DNA of 64,000 bases from the NCBI GenBank assembly GCA_013265495.1, contig MU058337.1, positions 4,444,716 to 4,508,715 on the forward strand, given 5' to 3'. A model generated the notes under the pieces. That model was not told the DNA's origin. It did no database searches and saw only the letters and a list, made by a program, of their open reading frames with translations. Positions 23,374-37,249 of this stretch are shown one piece after another. The first letter of the stretch is position 1; every line of letters begins with the position of its first letter. The translations under genes and the position numbers were made by a program. Origin of the DNA: Vicugna vicugna. Lineage: Eukaryota.

Positions 23374-25404
23374 GTGTGAAGGGAAATCCTATATACAGCA
23401 ATTTCCAACCCACAGGTTTGGGAGATGCTGCATGAAGCCTCAGAAATTACTGTAATGACTGTGCAGTGGTTTGACTTGATTACTTGACCACTTATTCTAT
23501 TCCATAATTCTTAAAGAAGCATGTTGTCTTTAGTGGAGAGGAAAAGGATAGTAGTTAATGTTTTCCCTCCTACTCTCGACTGTGTTTACATTACCTCTAG
23601 AAAAGAATTTAAAATTAACAGTAAAGAGAAGAGGAAGAAACTCAGAAGATATTCAAAGAAAGAATATAGTAACAGAATGAAATAGCTTCCAGTTTCCAAG
23701 GAACCATAGTCCAATCACTTCATTTTATGGGTGAGGAACAAAGCTAGGCATGTTAACTGCCACAGGTTACAAAACCAGTTAGAAAGCTGAATTTCTGTTG
23801 TCACAGTTTGCCCCCAGCACTTTCTACCACACCAGTGGTGCTCTCCTGCCAGAGTATCACCCAATGACTGGTTGGGGAATGAATTGTTCAGTATGAAACC
23901 AAAGTGGCAGGCTTTTTATTAGACTCCCATAGCAGCATTCCTTAAAAAAATTTTTTCACTTCTGCTTACAGATCTCATAAAAATGTTTTAGAAAAGTGAT
24001 GTACCCTCTTGTATAGTTTTAAGATAACTTTTGAAATTTGTCATCATAAGTTCAAGAAATTGTAAAGGATGTGATATTTGGCATGTTATAAACATTGGCA
24101 TTCCTTAGTGAAACTTCTACATCATTGATTTAAATACAACCAGTTGAATGTTACTCTTTGATATCTACCATTGTCTATTTATGTATCTGAACATATTCCA
24201 TTTAAAAATCAGTCAGACATTTTACATCACTATTTCTTCTTGAAATTTTATTTCCATTCTACACAGAATTTTATCCTAATGTAATTTACATTTATAATAG
24301 AAAGTCCTATTGATCATTTATTACCTGAAGCAAAAATATGTATGTCAATATTTAATTTTAAAAAATTTCCTAGGGTCAAAGTATTAACATTTTTCTTTTG
24401 GATTATCTTTCAATTATTGGCAAGTTGATCAAAACAACGTAAATAAATCTTAAGCTTTGATTACAGATATGATTACAATTAAAAATTACAGAACAAAAAG
24501 AAAATTTTTATTGAAAATGCAGCTCTTAACAAGGTGCATAAGATGTATGCTTTGGGGCTTTGATTAAAGGTTTGACTGACAGTTTTTCAAATCGTCCCTT
24601 TATTTAATGCCCAAGAAGCTATTTTTCACCTGCAGGCTGTGCAGGATAGTAAGACTAGTAAAACACTTATTTCTAGGAACCAGGAGACCCAGCTGTGAGA
24701 CAGGTGCAAAGGGGAGGCCTTATGTCCTTCTACCATGGGCACAGCTTCAGGCAGATAGGCTTGGGAAAGAACAGATATGACATTTAAGCCTCTGTAAATT
24801 GACTACATTGAAATTATCCAAGACTTTGTACCACAGTTTGAAGACCACCATTTTATATAACCTCTGAAGTTACTTTAACCCAACACAAAGTCATTTACTC
24901 TTTGTCTTCAAGCCACGGTTTTCTCCACCTTATGTATTTACACCTCCTCCTCTCTTGATTTAATGAAGTTGCCAGCTAAGGGAACTCCTCCAATGCCAGG
25001 TCCACTTGTGCAACTTGACAAACAATCTGACAGTTCATCGGCTATCTACAAGGAAACAAGTGGAGGTTACCTGGGGAAACAATGAAGCTAGAGATAAACA
25101 AAACTGGGGGTTAGGAATGGGGAGGAGGGGGAAGGGGAGGACAGGTTACATCAGGGTCAGTAGACCACGGCGTCCGTCATCCTACCTGGGGCAAAGTAAT
25201 AATAGGCTGGATGCACGAACACCTCCCACACAGCGTTGTTCGGAGCGGGAGGTGGTGAGCCAGGTGTTCCTGATGCCCACCTGGCTTTCCCATCACCTGC
25301 CCGGTTTGAGGCTGCAAGCCAATGCGGAGGTGCGATGGAAGGCAATAGCTTCCCGTGCGTCATCGTCTTTGTAACGACTGCGGCACCCTATCATTTAGAG
25401 AATG

Positions 25405-25812
25405 TTTTTTAATCAGGTATCCAAAACTGCATAGAGATTGTGAAAGCAGCAACACGCCCCAGCTGCTGGGCTTTGAAATCCTGAGCGGCGTTTGCAGCGG
25501 GACCACTCCTCCCGCGGGCGGCTCCCCGGCCCTGACGGAGTGAAGTGGGCACACCGGGGCCGAGCCATTCCTGGGAGGTGAGGTGACCACAGGTTTGGGC
25601 TGGAGAACTCCGCATGGCTTTGCCGAGCCTTCCCTACGGGACTGCGTGGGCTTTTCTCGTCTTTACTCAAGGTCAGACTCGCATCGGCGGCCCGATGGCT
25701 CTCCCAGCCTCTTGTGGACCCTTGACTATTTTAGCTTGCACAGGCATTTCCCCGATGGAATCCTTGCTCCTTTAAGACAGTCTTGGCCTCTGCTTCTCAG
25801 GACGGAGACTAA
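25405..25812 (+). mobile_element. Old ERVL solo LTR (LTR33/LTR16-like), CpG-rich
   Basis: Internal cccagctgctggg and 3' end cacaggcatttcccc...gtcttggcctctgcttctcaggacggagactaa. Confidence 0.5.
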
Positions 25813-25862
25813 GAAAGCTCACATCAAAGAAACTGAGATTCAGATGCTTCAAACTTCACCAC

Positions 25863-25880
25863 TGCTGCCCCCTGGAGGCA
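25863..25880 (-). promoter_or_regulatory. Candidate CTCF site
   Basis: Minus strand reads TGCCTCCAGGGGGCAGCA, close to the CTCF core consensus CCACCAGGGGGCGC. Confidence 0.6.
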
Positions 25881-26138
25881 AAGTTAGTCATCATTCCAAC
25901 CAAATCCGCCAGCTTCTTAGACATTCTCCACTACAAAGCCTGATGCACGATGGTGTTTGGCAAAGCTCAAGTCACATGCCTGTGCTTAGCTGTAAAGGAG
26001 GCTAGGAGGTTAAGTTCTGACTTCTTGCATGGGAAGGCGGCACTGATAATGTCGGAAGTTCTATAAACATAGGAAGGCCTTTCAAAAGATGCCTGTTAAT
26101 TCAAAAGTTGTTAATTACAACAAATATCCACTATGCCA

Positions 26139-26166
<28 letters not shown>
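26139..26166. repeat. (AC)14 microsatellite
   Basis: Perfect dinucleotide run. Confidence 0.95.
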
Positions 26167-26171
<5 letters not shown>

Positions 26172-26212
26172 ATGTATATCCATTTAGCCTTAAGACATAT
26201 GATTATAAATAC

Positions 26213-26299
26213 TTTTTTTGATGGAGGTACTGAGGATTGAACCCAAAGCCTCGTGCATGCTAAGCATGCGCTTTACCATTAAGCTGTACCTGGATCCCC
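26213..26299 (-). mobile_element. Vic-1-type SINE with target-site duplication
   Basis: Reverse-complement tRNA-like head, flanked by gattataaatact and gattctaaatact. Confidence 0.85.
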
Positions 26300-27499
26300 G
26301 ATTCTAAATACTGTAAATTATGCTTGCTATCCTCACTGTCTATTCTTTCTACCTCCAAACTAAATTGAGATAACACAGTTCCAGGTCCTTGAACCTTCAA
26401 TAATAAAATGATAAACTAGGCAATTTGGCCCAAGACTCCTCCTGAGAATAATGAGAAATATTGGACAGTATATGAAAAATGTCTGCTGGTAGGCATCAGA
26501 GAGCTAAGGGCATGGTGAAGAATTTTTGGAGCAGGTAAACGCCGAGACTTGAGCCTAACATCTGGGACAGCTTTATCTTTCAGGGCAAAGGGAAGTGGGG
26601 AGAAAATCTGAAAAATTAAAATTGCAAAAGGCCATGAGCCAGCAGGCTGAGGCCATGTCAGATGGCCATTCTACCCTGTGTGGAAGCTGGTGTTGGGAAG
26701 TGGATAAGAGCTGACTTTAGGACTCTAGAGATCTGAACATTAGTCCTAGCTCTGTCTTGGTTTGTCATTTTAGACAAGACAATGCAGGTCTCTGGACCGC
26801 AGCTTCTTCCTTTGCGTGGGAAAGAGTTAATTAACTGAGCCCCCTTCCTTTGTAGTTATAGGGGGAACAATTTGAATCAATTTCCAAACAGTGCATTTTA
26901 TTGTCAGTTAATAAGAGAAAGTTTTAAAATTTCCCCCTGGGCAGAGAGGGGTCATGTGCTCCAAGCATGATAAGCCTGGGGTTATCAGTAAACTTGAAAC
27001 AGAGTCAATGTTACACAAATGGGAGAAGTGTGAATTTCTCACCTAGGAAAGACAGGTGCCTTTGGAAGGAAATTAATACTTGGAATGATGAGATATGTTT
27101 CATTGCAGAAGCAAGCCACAAGCCTCAGTGAGTCTCTCCCATTCTCCTCTCATCTGTGGGAACAGAGATGCCCTTTCTCCTTCCTGACAGCTCTGACCAG
27201 CTGTCCTTGGAACCAGAGGCCCACCCTTTCCTTCTGCAGAACCAGCAGAAACTGGGCAGAACAGTAAATCCATTGACTTCCAGAGGACATTGGAGCCAGT
27301 AGACTTACAGACACACGGACAATATGTGGTTTGATTATTTGTGCAGGTTGGGATGGTGTGTCTGGGAGAAGCGTGGGGAGGGCTTAGGCAGTGAAGCTCC
27401 CAGAGGAGCAAGCTGAGCCGTGGATGGGCACAGTTCTGTGCCCCTCACTGTAGCCTTCTCCACGACGTCCACTGCACTCTTCAGTGAAACGCTCATGGT

Positions 27500-27845
27500 C
27501 AAACACCTGATTGTCAGTCAGGATTGTTCCGCTGTGCTGTGGCAACACGAGAGCGCACATTTCAGTGGCATTGACACTTTCACCTGTGCTACACCTCCAC
27601 TTCAGGTCGACTGGGGGCTCCCCTCCAAGTTTTTGTCACTCTTGGATCGGGGCTGAAGGAGCCAGCACTCTCTGGAATGTTGCTGGTCCCCCATGGCAAG
27701 AAAAAGGAACATAAGGAAGCATGGACTAGCTCTTAAAGCTTCCATCACTTCTGCTCCAACTGTACCAGCTGCCGCAAGTCCCTGGACACGGCCACGTTCA
27801 AGGGGGCAGAGAAATGCAGTTCTATTATGTGTCCAAGGGAATAAT
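27500..27845 (-). mobile_element. Old MaLR MLT1 (J/K-like) LTR fragment
   Basis: gctcttaaagcttcc...atcacttctgctc...ttcaagggggcagagaaatgcagttctattatgtgtcc. Confidence 0.5.
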
Positions 27846-28899
27846 AACCCGGCCCATTGAGCTGCTGCTTATGGTTTCATTCGTGATTCCTACAGGTCCT
27901 TTTATTAAACACTCTTACTTGATATTTTTCACATTTGCTCATAGTGAATCAAAAGAGCTTTAGCTAGAACAGAGCATATGGTACTTACTTCGGGTCACCC
28001 TAATTCCCAATGTATATTAGTTAGCACAAAAATACGCCCTTTGGATTCTACGACGGTAAATCACACTTACGTGGACAGACAAGAATAAAATTGTGCAATG
28101 CAGGAGTTGTTCCCTCCGTGGCCTCGCTGCAGGCAGCATCTCTGAGCTGTGGGTCTCTGCATGGGATGGGCACAGGCCTGGATCTGCCCAACAAATGTGA
28201 CTGTTGTTCTTTGCAGCACCTGCACGGGATTTCACAAGTCCCATCCATCTGCCCAAACTTGGAGTGCCAGAAAAACGTGTCAGGCTTCGGATTCCAGTTA
28301 AAGACTAACCCTAATGATGATCTTGAATATCCTGACTTGAATGAAAGAGGCAGGGAATAGGCAACGAAAAGCACTTAGAAGTTCAGGGGTCTTGTCTTTG
28401 AGGACCAGGCCTGCCGTTAATTAGCTTCATAACCTTACAAAGCCTCAGTGTCCTCATCTACACATCTGAGGGTTCTATCAGAGTTCAGTGAGGAAAAAGT
28501 ACCTTTCACAGTGACCATAAATAATTTCTAATATTGTCCTGTGGCTGGGATGCAGGGGAGACTCAAAGCACCGAGGCTGGTCATGTCATCTGGTATCCAG
28601 CTACTTAAAGTTGAGACTTGCATAGAGTAGGCAAATGGATTTTTTTTAAAGGATTAATTAGTTTGCAAGAAATGGTTTTTAAAAATCAATTTAGGCATGT
28701 ACTAAACAGACCTTGTAAGCCTGTTTCCTTGAGGTAAATAGACCAAACAGCTGATTCTGTCATTGGTGAAACCTAACACAGACATCTTTTTATCGTTTCT
28801 AGAACTTAATGATTTTTTTTAAACTAAATTTATCTCCGTTCTCACAGATGATTCTTTTTTCTTTAATAGAAGGATGATAAATGGAGGACTGTTTATAAA

Positions 28900-29615
28900 A
28901 ATCACTTTGTGTATGTATGTGGGGTAAGAACACTTAACAGAAGGCCTACCCACGTAAACTTACACACTACACAATACCTTATTATTAACTATAAGCACAG
29001 GGTCGCACAGCAGACCTGGGGGGCTTCCTCATCTTGTGTAACTGTAACTTTATATCTACTGAACAACAACTCACTGTCTCTCCACCCCTCCCCCCACTGG
29101 TCTACTGTCCACTTCTATACCCTTGACTATTTTAGACGCCTCCTCTAAGTGAGCTCATGCGCTATGTGTCCTTCTGACTGTCTTACTTCACTTAGCATCC
29201 CTTCCAAATTCCATCCATGTTGTTGAAAATCCCCCCCCCTTTTTTTTAAAAGCTGAATAGTATTCTCCTGTATGTATATACTACATTTTCTACATCCATT
29301 CATCTGTTGATGAACATTTGGGTTGTTTCCATATCCTGGCTACTATGAATAATGCCGAAATGAACATGGGGGTGCAGACATCTCTTCAGGATCTTTGGAT
29401 GTATACCCAGAAGTGGGATGGCTGGAGCATATGGTAGTTCTATTTTTAATTTTCTGAGTGACCTCCATACTATGCTCCCTAGCAGCTGCATCATTTAACA
29501 TTCCCATCAAGAGTGTACAAGGGTTCCAATTTCTCCACATCCTTGCCAACACTTATATTTTTTTAATAATAGCCATCCTAACAGGTGTGAGGTGATACCT
29601 CATTGTGCCTTTGAT
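28900..29615 (-). mobile_element. L1 (L1MA/MB-like) 3' end
   Basis: Frameshifted ORF2 C-terminal peptides [25 protein letters not shown] and LARMWRNWNPCTLLMGM, then 3' UTR. Confidence 0.88.
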
Positions 29616-31686
29616 TATAATTAAAGGCACTGTAATTCCACTGCTCTGAAATAGAGACCAATGGCCAAAATTAGACTTTTTCTGCACATTAGAATTTCAT
29701 ATACAAACTTTTCACTTAGCATTATATTACTCTCATTTTCAGAATTTAAAAACTTGTTCATAAACGTGATTTGTGTACAGTTCAGTGGATATATTGAATT
29801 TTTGAAACATTCCCAATGTTTAAATATTTAAGTTGTTTCTAAGGTTTTGCTTTTATAAGTAATGCTGAAACAAATGTCCTTACAAAACCAAAATATTGAT
29901 TGCATCTCTGATTCTTTTCCTTAGAAAAATTCCCAGAATTTTGGATTTTCTCAAAGTATATGAACATTTTTCAAGGTCAAAATACATGAATAAGATTTCA
30001 GATTCAAATTCCAAAAATCTGAACTTGTTGGAAATTAATGTTCATGAACAGACAAGAAATAAATATGGAAGCAGATGGGTTCTAATTAGGTAACTTTCCC
30101 CAAACTACCTTGGTGGGCAGCTTTTTGAGAGAATTTCAAGCCAAAAGGACAAAGGGTATTTTCAGGTACTAGAATATAGCTCAGCAGAAGGAGTGGAGCA
30201 GAGAGGGTCCTTAGTCATGACCTCTGAAGGAAGACTGCTCTCAGCAGAGGTTCATCCTAAAGACTGACTTTGTGTAAGATGCTTAGAACTATCCCTGGCA
30301 CGCAGTGAGGGAAAGAGACATGCTCACTGCTTTGCTTAAATGGTTGTAATATTTACAACTGAAAATTGGCTACAGAAGAAAGTAAACTGCAAATCTACAC
30401 ACTGCAGGAAAGCACGCTGCTGTGGTCACAAGCCTAAAACAGGTGTCCAGTTTTACAATTATAATTCCATTATAATTATTCTTAACAGGAGTAAAAATTT
30501 CTCAATTCTTTTACCCACATATACTTTAATTCAATGTGTGTGAGTGTAAATCCTGGAAGATATTATTTATCAAAAGTAATTCATTTAGGCTTTTTTTTTT
30601 TCCAAACTCAGCATTGGCTTTGCAATAGTGCCACCTTCTGGTTAGAGTTTGCCTTTACAGCCTGATGTCTTAAGACTCATCCCACTCTGCTCAGTCCTAT
30701 GTGATTTTTGTTCCAGAGGAAAATTGAATGAGCTGTGATAAATCAGTCTCAGCAGACTACATAGTAAAGATGCTGGTCTGAAAGGTACTAGAGGACAAAG
30801 AAACAGAGAGAAGGAAGGAAACACAAGGAAATGAGGACTAAGAAGTTATGCCAAGCACATAAACAAGTCAATCAATAGTGTGTCTAAACTCGGAGTGCTT
30901 CTTTGCTTCTAGTTGACCAACTCTCCTTCAGAAAGTTACAAAGGAACTGAATAAGTTGCAGGAAAGTCAAAGGAAAAATTGTGTTCAAAAGACTCTCTGT
31001 CTCTCAGAGGGAGACATAGGTCACGAGCTACCCAGGTGGGTCTTTGAGTCACTAAGGCTTCTGTTTGTCTTTCCTACAAGCCTTTGAATGTAGCCATCTG
31101 GGTTCATCTTAGGTCACAGCTCTTAAACCACGTCCCCTCACCTTTTTCCCTTTTAAGTATGAAGCTACAATTTGAGACAACTGCCGCAGGCATACCCAGA
31201 TTGTCACAAAAGCTGTTCTCTCTTTTATTTTGGTAGAAATAATGCATTACAGCAATTTGTATTCAACACAACTTTTCAGCTTCGGTAGTAATAATGATTA
31301 CCTACTGCTATATTAGGACCCAGGATACGCAGGGTTCCCCAGCTGTCCCGTTCACTTTCTCACTCAGAGAAGCTTGTAGACATGAGTGAGTCTCTTTGTT
31401 AAAGGAAAACCCTTGAATTTCCTCCCAGGGATAAAGCTCAGGACTTTCTCACTACACAGCTTCCTGGATCCAGTCTCAGGACAAGGGTAAGAAAACGTTC
31501 ACCTTTCAAACTGGTTAACACAAAAGGGTTACTTTACTAATAGCAACAATTTACCTGAGACAAACCACATTGAATGATCAGGACAACTTGTATTAAGACT
31601 CTCAGGTTGAGAATCTCCCACCTTAAATGTCCCAAATTGAATGACTGTAGGTACACGATTTATTCTCATTTATTCATTCAACCTTT

Positions 31687-31820
31687 TTTTTTTAACTTTT
31701 TTTTATTGAGTTATAGTCAGCTTACAATGTTGTGTCAATTTCCAGTGTACAGCACAATTTTTCAGTTGTACATGAATATACATATATTCAGTGTCGCATT
31801 CTTTTTTGCCATGAGCTTCC
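31687..31820 (-). mobile_element. Young 5'-truncated L1 3' end with a 12-bp TSD
   Basis: Poly-T head; cattcaaccttt at 31675-31686 and 31821-31832; reverse-complement similar to 46391-46589. Confidence 0.85.
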
Positions 31821-32629
31821 CATTCAACCTTTCAAAACATACTTAATATAAAACCTTCCTACAGCCAAGGCCACTAACAGCTAACTCAATGAATATCCGG
31901 ATGTGTGAAATTCTTCACATACAGTGATACTTTTAAGCAAAAAACATATACTAATTTTCAATCATGGAAAATAATACGAGAGTCTTTTCTGGGATAAAAA
32001 TGGGCACCTAAAAAAGTTAATTGGCATTTTTCTTCTTTTTTTTTTTTTTTGGTGTCTAAATTTGTCAAACTTCTCGACACAAAACAAAGTGGACAAAATG
32101 CCTGTTGATCTCATTTGTAGCAAACAACCCAAAACTTAGTCTTGAACTGATGTGTGAATATTAAGAAACTGATATGGTAGTTTCCTTTTATTCCTTCTCT
32201 ACATCTGATGGCAAGCAAAGCCCTTAAATTTCACACACGTATTTATATGTTCACCTGTAAAAACTGTTCATGTTGTCTGGATGTCAGTCCACTACCAAAA
32301 CTAAAAGTCGATTTGACAGATCAGACCTAGTGGCTTGTAAATATCAGTTTTCCCCCAGGAACCAGGAGTTGAGCCACATTCTCAATAAGGAGAAACCTGC
32401 AGACGTGTCTGCTTTACCCGCTGCTTTTGGACTTGGGGGCTCATTAGCCAGCTGTGTTATTTATCTCCTACACTAAAGTATTTCAGAATCAGTGGGAGTT
32501 TTCCCCAGTTAAGGTTAATCAATCTTTATTACCCTCAATTTATAGTATTCCAGATGCTCAGGTTGGCCAAGATATTTTTATATAAGAAAAGAAAATTGAT
32601 TATAGTTAATGAATTATATAGTTTATAAT

Positions 32630-32855
32630 ATTGATTATAGTTAATAATTGTTGAGAATACTGCATTATATACTTGAAAGTTGCTGAGAGAGTAGACCTTA
32701 AATGTTCTCACCACAAAAAAGAAATAATAATTATATGATGCAATAAAGGTGTTAGCCAAAGCTGGGCAGTAATCATTTTGCCAGATATAAATGTATCAAA
32801 TCAACATGTTGTACACCTGGAAGTGACACAATGTTATATGTCCATTAAAAAAAAG
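32630..32855 (+). mobile_element. L1MA-like extreme 3' end
   Basis: atacttgaaagttgctgagagagtagaccttaaatgttctcaccac...tatcaaatcaacatgttgtacacc plus A tail. Confidence 0.8.
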
Positions 32856-34691
32856 TAAAGTGAGTTCCTGATTTGCCCTCCTTTAACCATTTTCAATGGC
32901 CTGAATTCACGTGGCTGGTAAAAACGAATTAATAGGCAGATGTCACACATGGTAAAGGCTCTTCCTTGCTGCTAGGCAGAGCCCGGCACTGCGGTAAGAC
33001 CTGCGTGCAGTTGCAAGAAGTCTTTGATACAATAGCCTCTCCAGTTTTTTGAGCAAGGTGTCTTGTGCGTGATAAGTACCTCTTAAATATTTAGGAATAA
33101 TGGTTTCGAGGATGCACTTTATAGATGCCATCTTTTCAACCCACCATTTTGGCTGGAGAAATGGCTATTTTGAGAAAACAAGCCACTCCTGAGTTTCTGA
33201 GTATGAATCTACCTAAGGAAACAATCTAATGTCAATACATTTCCTACCAGGGTGCAAGTTCCCATTGTTTATGCTGAATTCTGCTGAGCATGCGTGTGTG
33301 ACAACTGCTCTGATGATTCCCCGTGACACCCCCTCAAATGGGAAGGCATCTGTTAGGTCTCAACTGGGAAAGCACGCTAAAAACGCCTTCACTTTGCTGT
33401 TAAGTTAGGTTATTGGAATGTGTACACTCCAAACCAGACACTTCCTGCTTTTCTTTTTTTAAGTTATTTCACATTTACAATCTATTTCTGGGGGAATCCA
33501 GGGACTTGAAATTTGAAGGTAAGGATGTGTTTTGGCTAGCTAAAAATAGTAATTGTTTTAATTATAATGGGAAGTGATCAGAGAGGAGAGTTTCTTAACT
33601 AAATATGTGAAAAAATTGACGCCTGAGATAAAAATCATGAGGACACATGGATAATTTAGTTTAGCAGAAAAATCACCTTCCACCCTTAGCTAAAAATATG
33701 CCAACAAAGTCGATTCCCAAAGGAGGGTTTTCATAGTTGGTTTTTGACAATAAGCTGAAAATTTACTTCTAAACAATGGAGAGTGATTCAAGCTCTTCAT
33801 ATCTTCATAAAGTAACTAATTTACTCAGCATATACAACACCACTATGACGAGGGAACATCAACAGGTCATGTTCTGATGCTTTAGTGACAGACGAGAATT
33901 TACTCCTAATTGGTATCTGTAATAATAATCCTGGAGTTTAATGCTGGATGAGAGCCACTCTGTGTCCATGAGCTGGTAACTGGTGACATCACAGGTGTAA
34001 ACGGTGGCTGAAGTAAAAGTGTTAGAATAGTGAATATCTTGGCAGTGGAAGGTCTGTCTCCAAGATAGCACTGATAGTCCTCTGCTTCTGTTTGTTTGCT
34101 ATCATGAGAAAATTATCATTGACACTGAACTGTGACTTACATTTCATGTTATAGAAGGTGGTTTCCTGCACTTTTGGTGTTTCTTCCAGATTTGGGGCAG
34201 TTATGATTTCCCCTTTTGGGGCCGCTAAGTTCCCTCACTGTTGGGATGAGTGTCACACTTACTAGAGTTGAGATGTGGGGACCATTTGCGCAGTAATGAG
34301 GGCCAGAAGCAGACATTATCAGTCGGGGAGGGATACTGTGTCAGGATGAGGGGAAGGAGTATCTGGGGTTTGTCGGAAGAAGCTGGCAAAGCCAGGTTAC
34401 GCTGGCTGGTATACCTGCACTAGAGCACAAACGACCTCTGTTGCATTGAGCAGTGGCAATATTTGCAACCATTCCTGGTTTCCCCAGCCACTCTGAGAGT
34501 GTTACAACAATGGGAGACACCCTGGGGACATGCCTCTGCTTAATGAGGGATGCACAACAGGACCCTGAGATACTTGGGAAAGCTATTAGGTTAAAGATAC
34601 AATGGCTTTCTATTGGCTAGTTGAGAGCTGCAGGCCCCAATGAAGTTGAGGGAAGTGTGGTCCACACACAACTCTGGAAGAGAAAAGATGC

Positions 34692-35359
34692 CTTAAAAAA
34701 CTAAAAATAGACTTACCATGTGATGCAGCAATCCCACTTCTGGGCACATAGCCAGAGAAAACTGTAATTCAAAAAGACATATGCACCCCAATATTCATAG
34801 TAGCACTATTCACAATAGCCAAGACATAGAAACAACCTAAATGTCCAACCTAAATATCCATTTAAATGGATAAAGAAGACATGGTATATATAAAGGAATA
34901 CTACTCGGCCATAAAAAGGAGTGAAATAAAGCCATTTACAGCAACATGGATGGACCTAGAGAGTATCATATTAAGTGAAGTAAGTCAGAGAAAGACAAAT
35001 ACCATATGATAGCACTTATATGTGGAATCTAAAAAAAAGAGATACAAATTTTATTTACAAACCAGAAATAGACTCACGAACAGAAAAAAACAACTATGGT
35101 TAACAAAGGGGAAAGGTGGGGGGGAATAAATTAGGAGTTTGGGATTAACAAATACACATTACTATATAAAAAATAGATAAATAACAAGGACCTACTGTGT
35201 AGCACAGGGAACTATCTTCAATTTCTTGTAATAGCATATGCTGGAAAAGAATCTGACAAAAATATGTGTATATGTATGTATATGTATGCCTGAATTGTTT
35301 TGCGGTACACCTGAAACTAACATTGTAAAGCAACTACACTTCAGTAAAAAAGTTTTTTA
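34692..35359 (+). mobile_element. 5'-truncated L1 (ORF2 end plus 3' UTR) with TSD
   Basis: aaaactaaaaatagacttaccatgtgatgcagcaatcccacttctggg...; aaaagatgc at 34683-34691 and 35360-35368. Confidence 0.9.
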
Positions 35360-35719
35360 AAAAGATGCAGCAGAGCCCGAGGACTGACTGCAACCAGGGA
35401 CACACATGCCACCAGGGGCCTTTTTCCAGTTCCGACTCTGCTTTACTCAGTCTGTGGGCTTCAGTCTCTGGCTTCGTACATTCCTGCACTTGATGGGACA
35501 CACAGCCACTGACTTCTTGAGTTTTACATCTCATGGTTTCAGCCGCTAGAGAAAGACTGCCCTTTAGCTCTCTCCAGTATCAGGTGCAAGTCTTTGGCAT
35601 TTTAATATCTGAAGGGGGTGGGCAATTTGGGTGTTTAGACCAGACAGTCAGAAATCCCAGGGAAGCCCCATTGGACCCCATTAGCTCATAAATGTCTCCT
35701 TGTCTGAACTAGCTGTGGT

Positions 35720-35933
35720 CACTGGCTACAGCTCTTGTTGGTGGCTACTCTTCCTCTAGAGCTATTCTTTCTGGTTTCCAGGACGTCCTCCCTGACCTTG
35801 CCCCCTCCCCGATGGTGAGGATGGCTCCTGAAGGGGCTGAAACGTGGAGGCTGCCTATGACATTGCTGCCAGCAGCTGGGCCCCAGGTCTCCATTGAAAT
35901 GGGATCTTGGTGGCATGTCATTGCATCCACTAC
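35720..35933 (-). mobile_element. ERVL LTR16-like 5' fragment
   Basis: Minus strand begins tgtagtggatgc...ccaagatccc...cccagctgctgg. Confidence 0.45.
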
Positions 35934-37249
35934 AATCCTTATGGCTTCAACATCTGTATTCAACCTTCCCCTGGTCTTCAAAGTCTTTTCCAAATTAAAA
36001 TTTCTTTCATTCTGATTTTAACTTTTTATGCATAATCTGAACTTTGGTAAACCAAAAAAACAATGAACATTTATTGAAGGCCAACTCTAAGTCCAATACT
36101 ATGGTAGACATTTCTGTAAACAACTGTGTAAGATAGATTATGAAACTGTTTAGGAGGCTCAGAAAGACAGAGCTTCAGCCATCATATCTGTGTGGCTTGG
36201 TGACTGACATCATAACCACTGTGCTGTGATTCCTAAATCCTTTGTGCAACAAGGCAAAGATAATTCACTAATTAAACATAAGAACCTACCCGAGGCTGTA
36301 TTCTTTGTTGGAACTGTCCATCAGAGGAAGATGAAAGTAGGACCAAATAACATTAGAACCAGTGAGTTCTAAGCTACCCCTTTAAAAATGCTAGTTTTCT
36401 CCTTAAACTCATTTTGAGCGCTTTTGAGCTCTTTCCCCAGACTCCTCAGCTGTTGCTTCTATCTTGGCTCCATCCTATCACCCATGCATCTGTCTTAAAA
36501 TCGACTTACCTTGGCTTCCAGACTTGCTGGATCCCGCCTTCGTCTTTTCACCAGAAGCGCCCATCTGTTTGCTAATCCCATCCCCTCTCCCTTCCTTGGC
36601 TCTGCTTTGCTTTTACAATCCGGGTATTTCAGGTCTCACATCACAGCCAGTTTGACCAGCCCCTCCTTGACCAGCTCCTGAATGAAAGCAGGTACCTCAT
36701 AAGGGTAGATGCAGTTTCCTTGACACTGGGCTTGGCCGGTGGATGTTGTCTTGGTGCAAACTGGGTACAGTCCTGAGCTTGGATGGCACACAGTTTGGTT
36801 GGAGGAGCATGAGCTGAAAGAGCTTTGGTCTATTTGTAAATTGGCAGAGGATTCACCATGACCAGTGCCCACGGTGTGGGGTTATGGGGGGGGTGTCAGG
36901 ACAGGCACAGAGACCTGTTAGTAAACCATCTTTGGGGCAAAATCACTTGTAACAAAGCTCTCCAGTTGGCGGGCATATGAATCTCTAGCGATAAACTCTA
37001 ACCACATTTGATGATGGAGATGAAGGTGATCTCCAGCACCCAGCGCCTCTGTTGTGCCCTCTTCCTGCCCACCTGTGTTTATGCATGCTTTTCTGAATAT
37101 CAGAAGTGCTAGCAAATACTAGGAATTCCCAAATCCTACTCAGATAATAATTTGCAATTATTTAGAGACTTCTGCAAATCAAACTACTCATGTTTTAAGA
37201 TAGTATTTTGTAAATGAAAGCAACATGCCAAGGTTCATGAGAAATGGCC

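Noticed and set aside
35745..35993. 82-aa ORF with protein-like composition
   Set aside because: Overlaps an LTR16-like fragment, has a non-ATG start and no recognisable homology.
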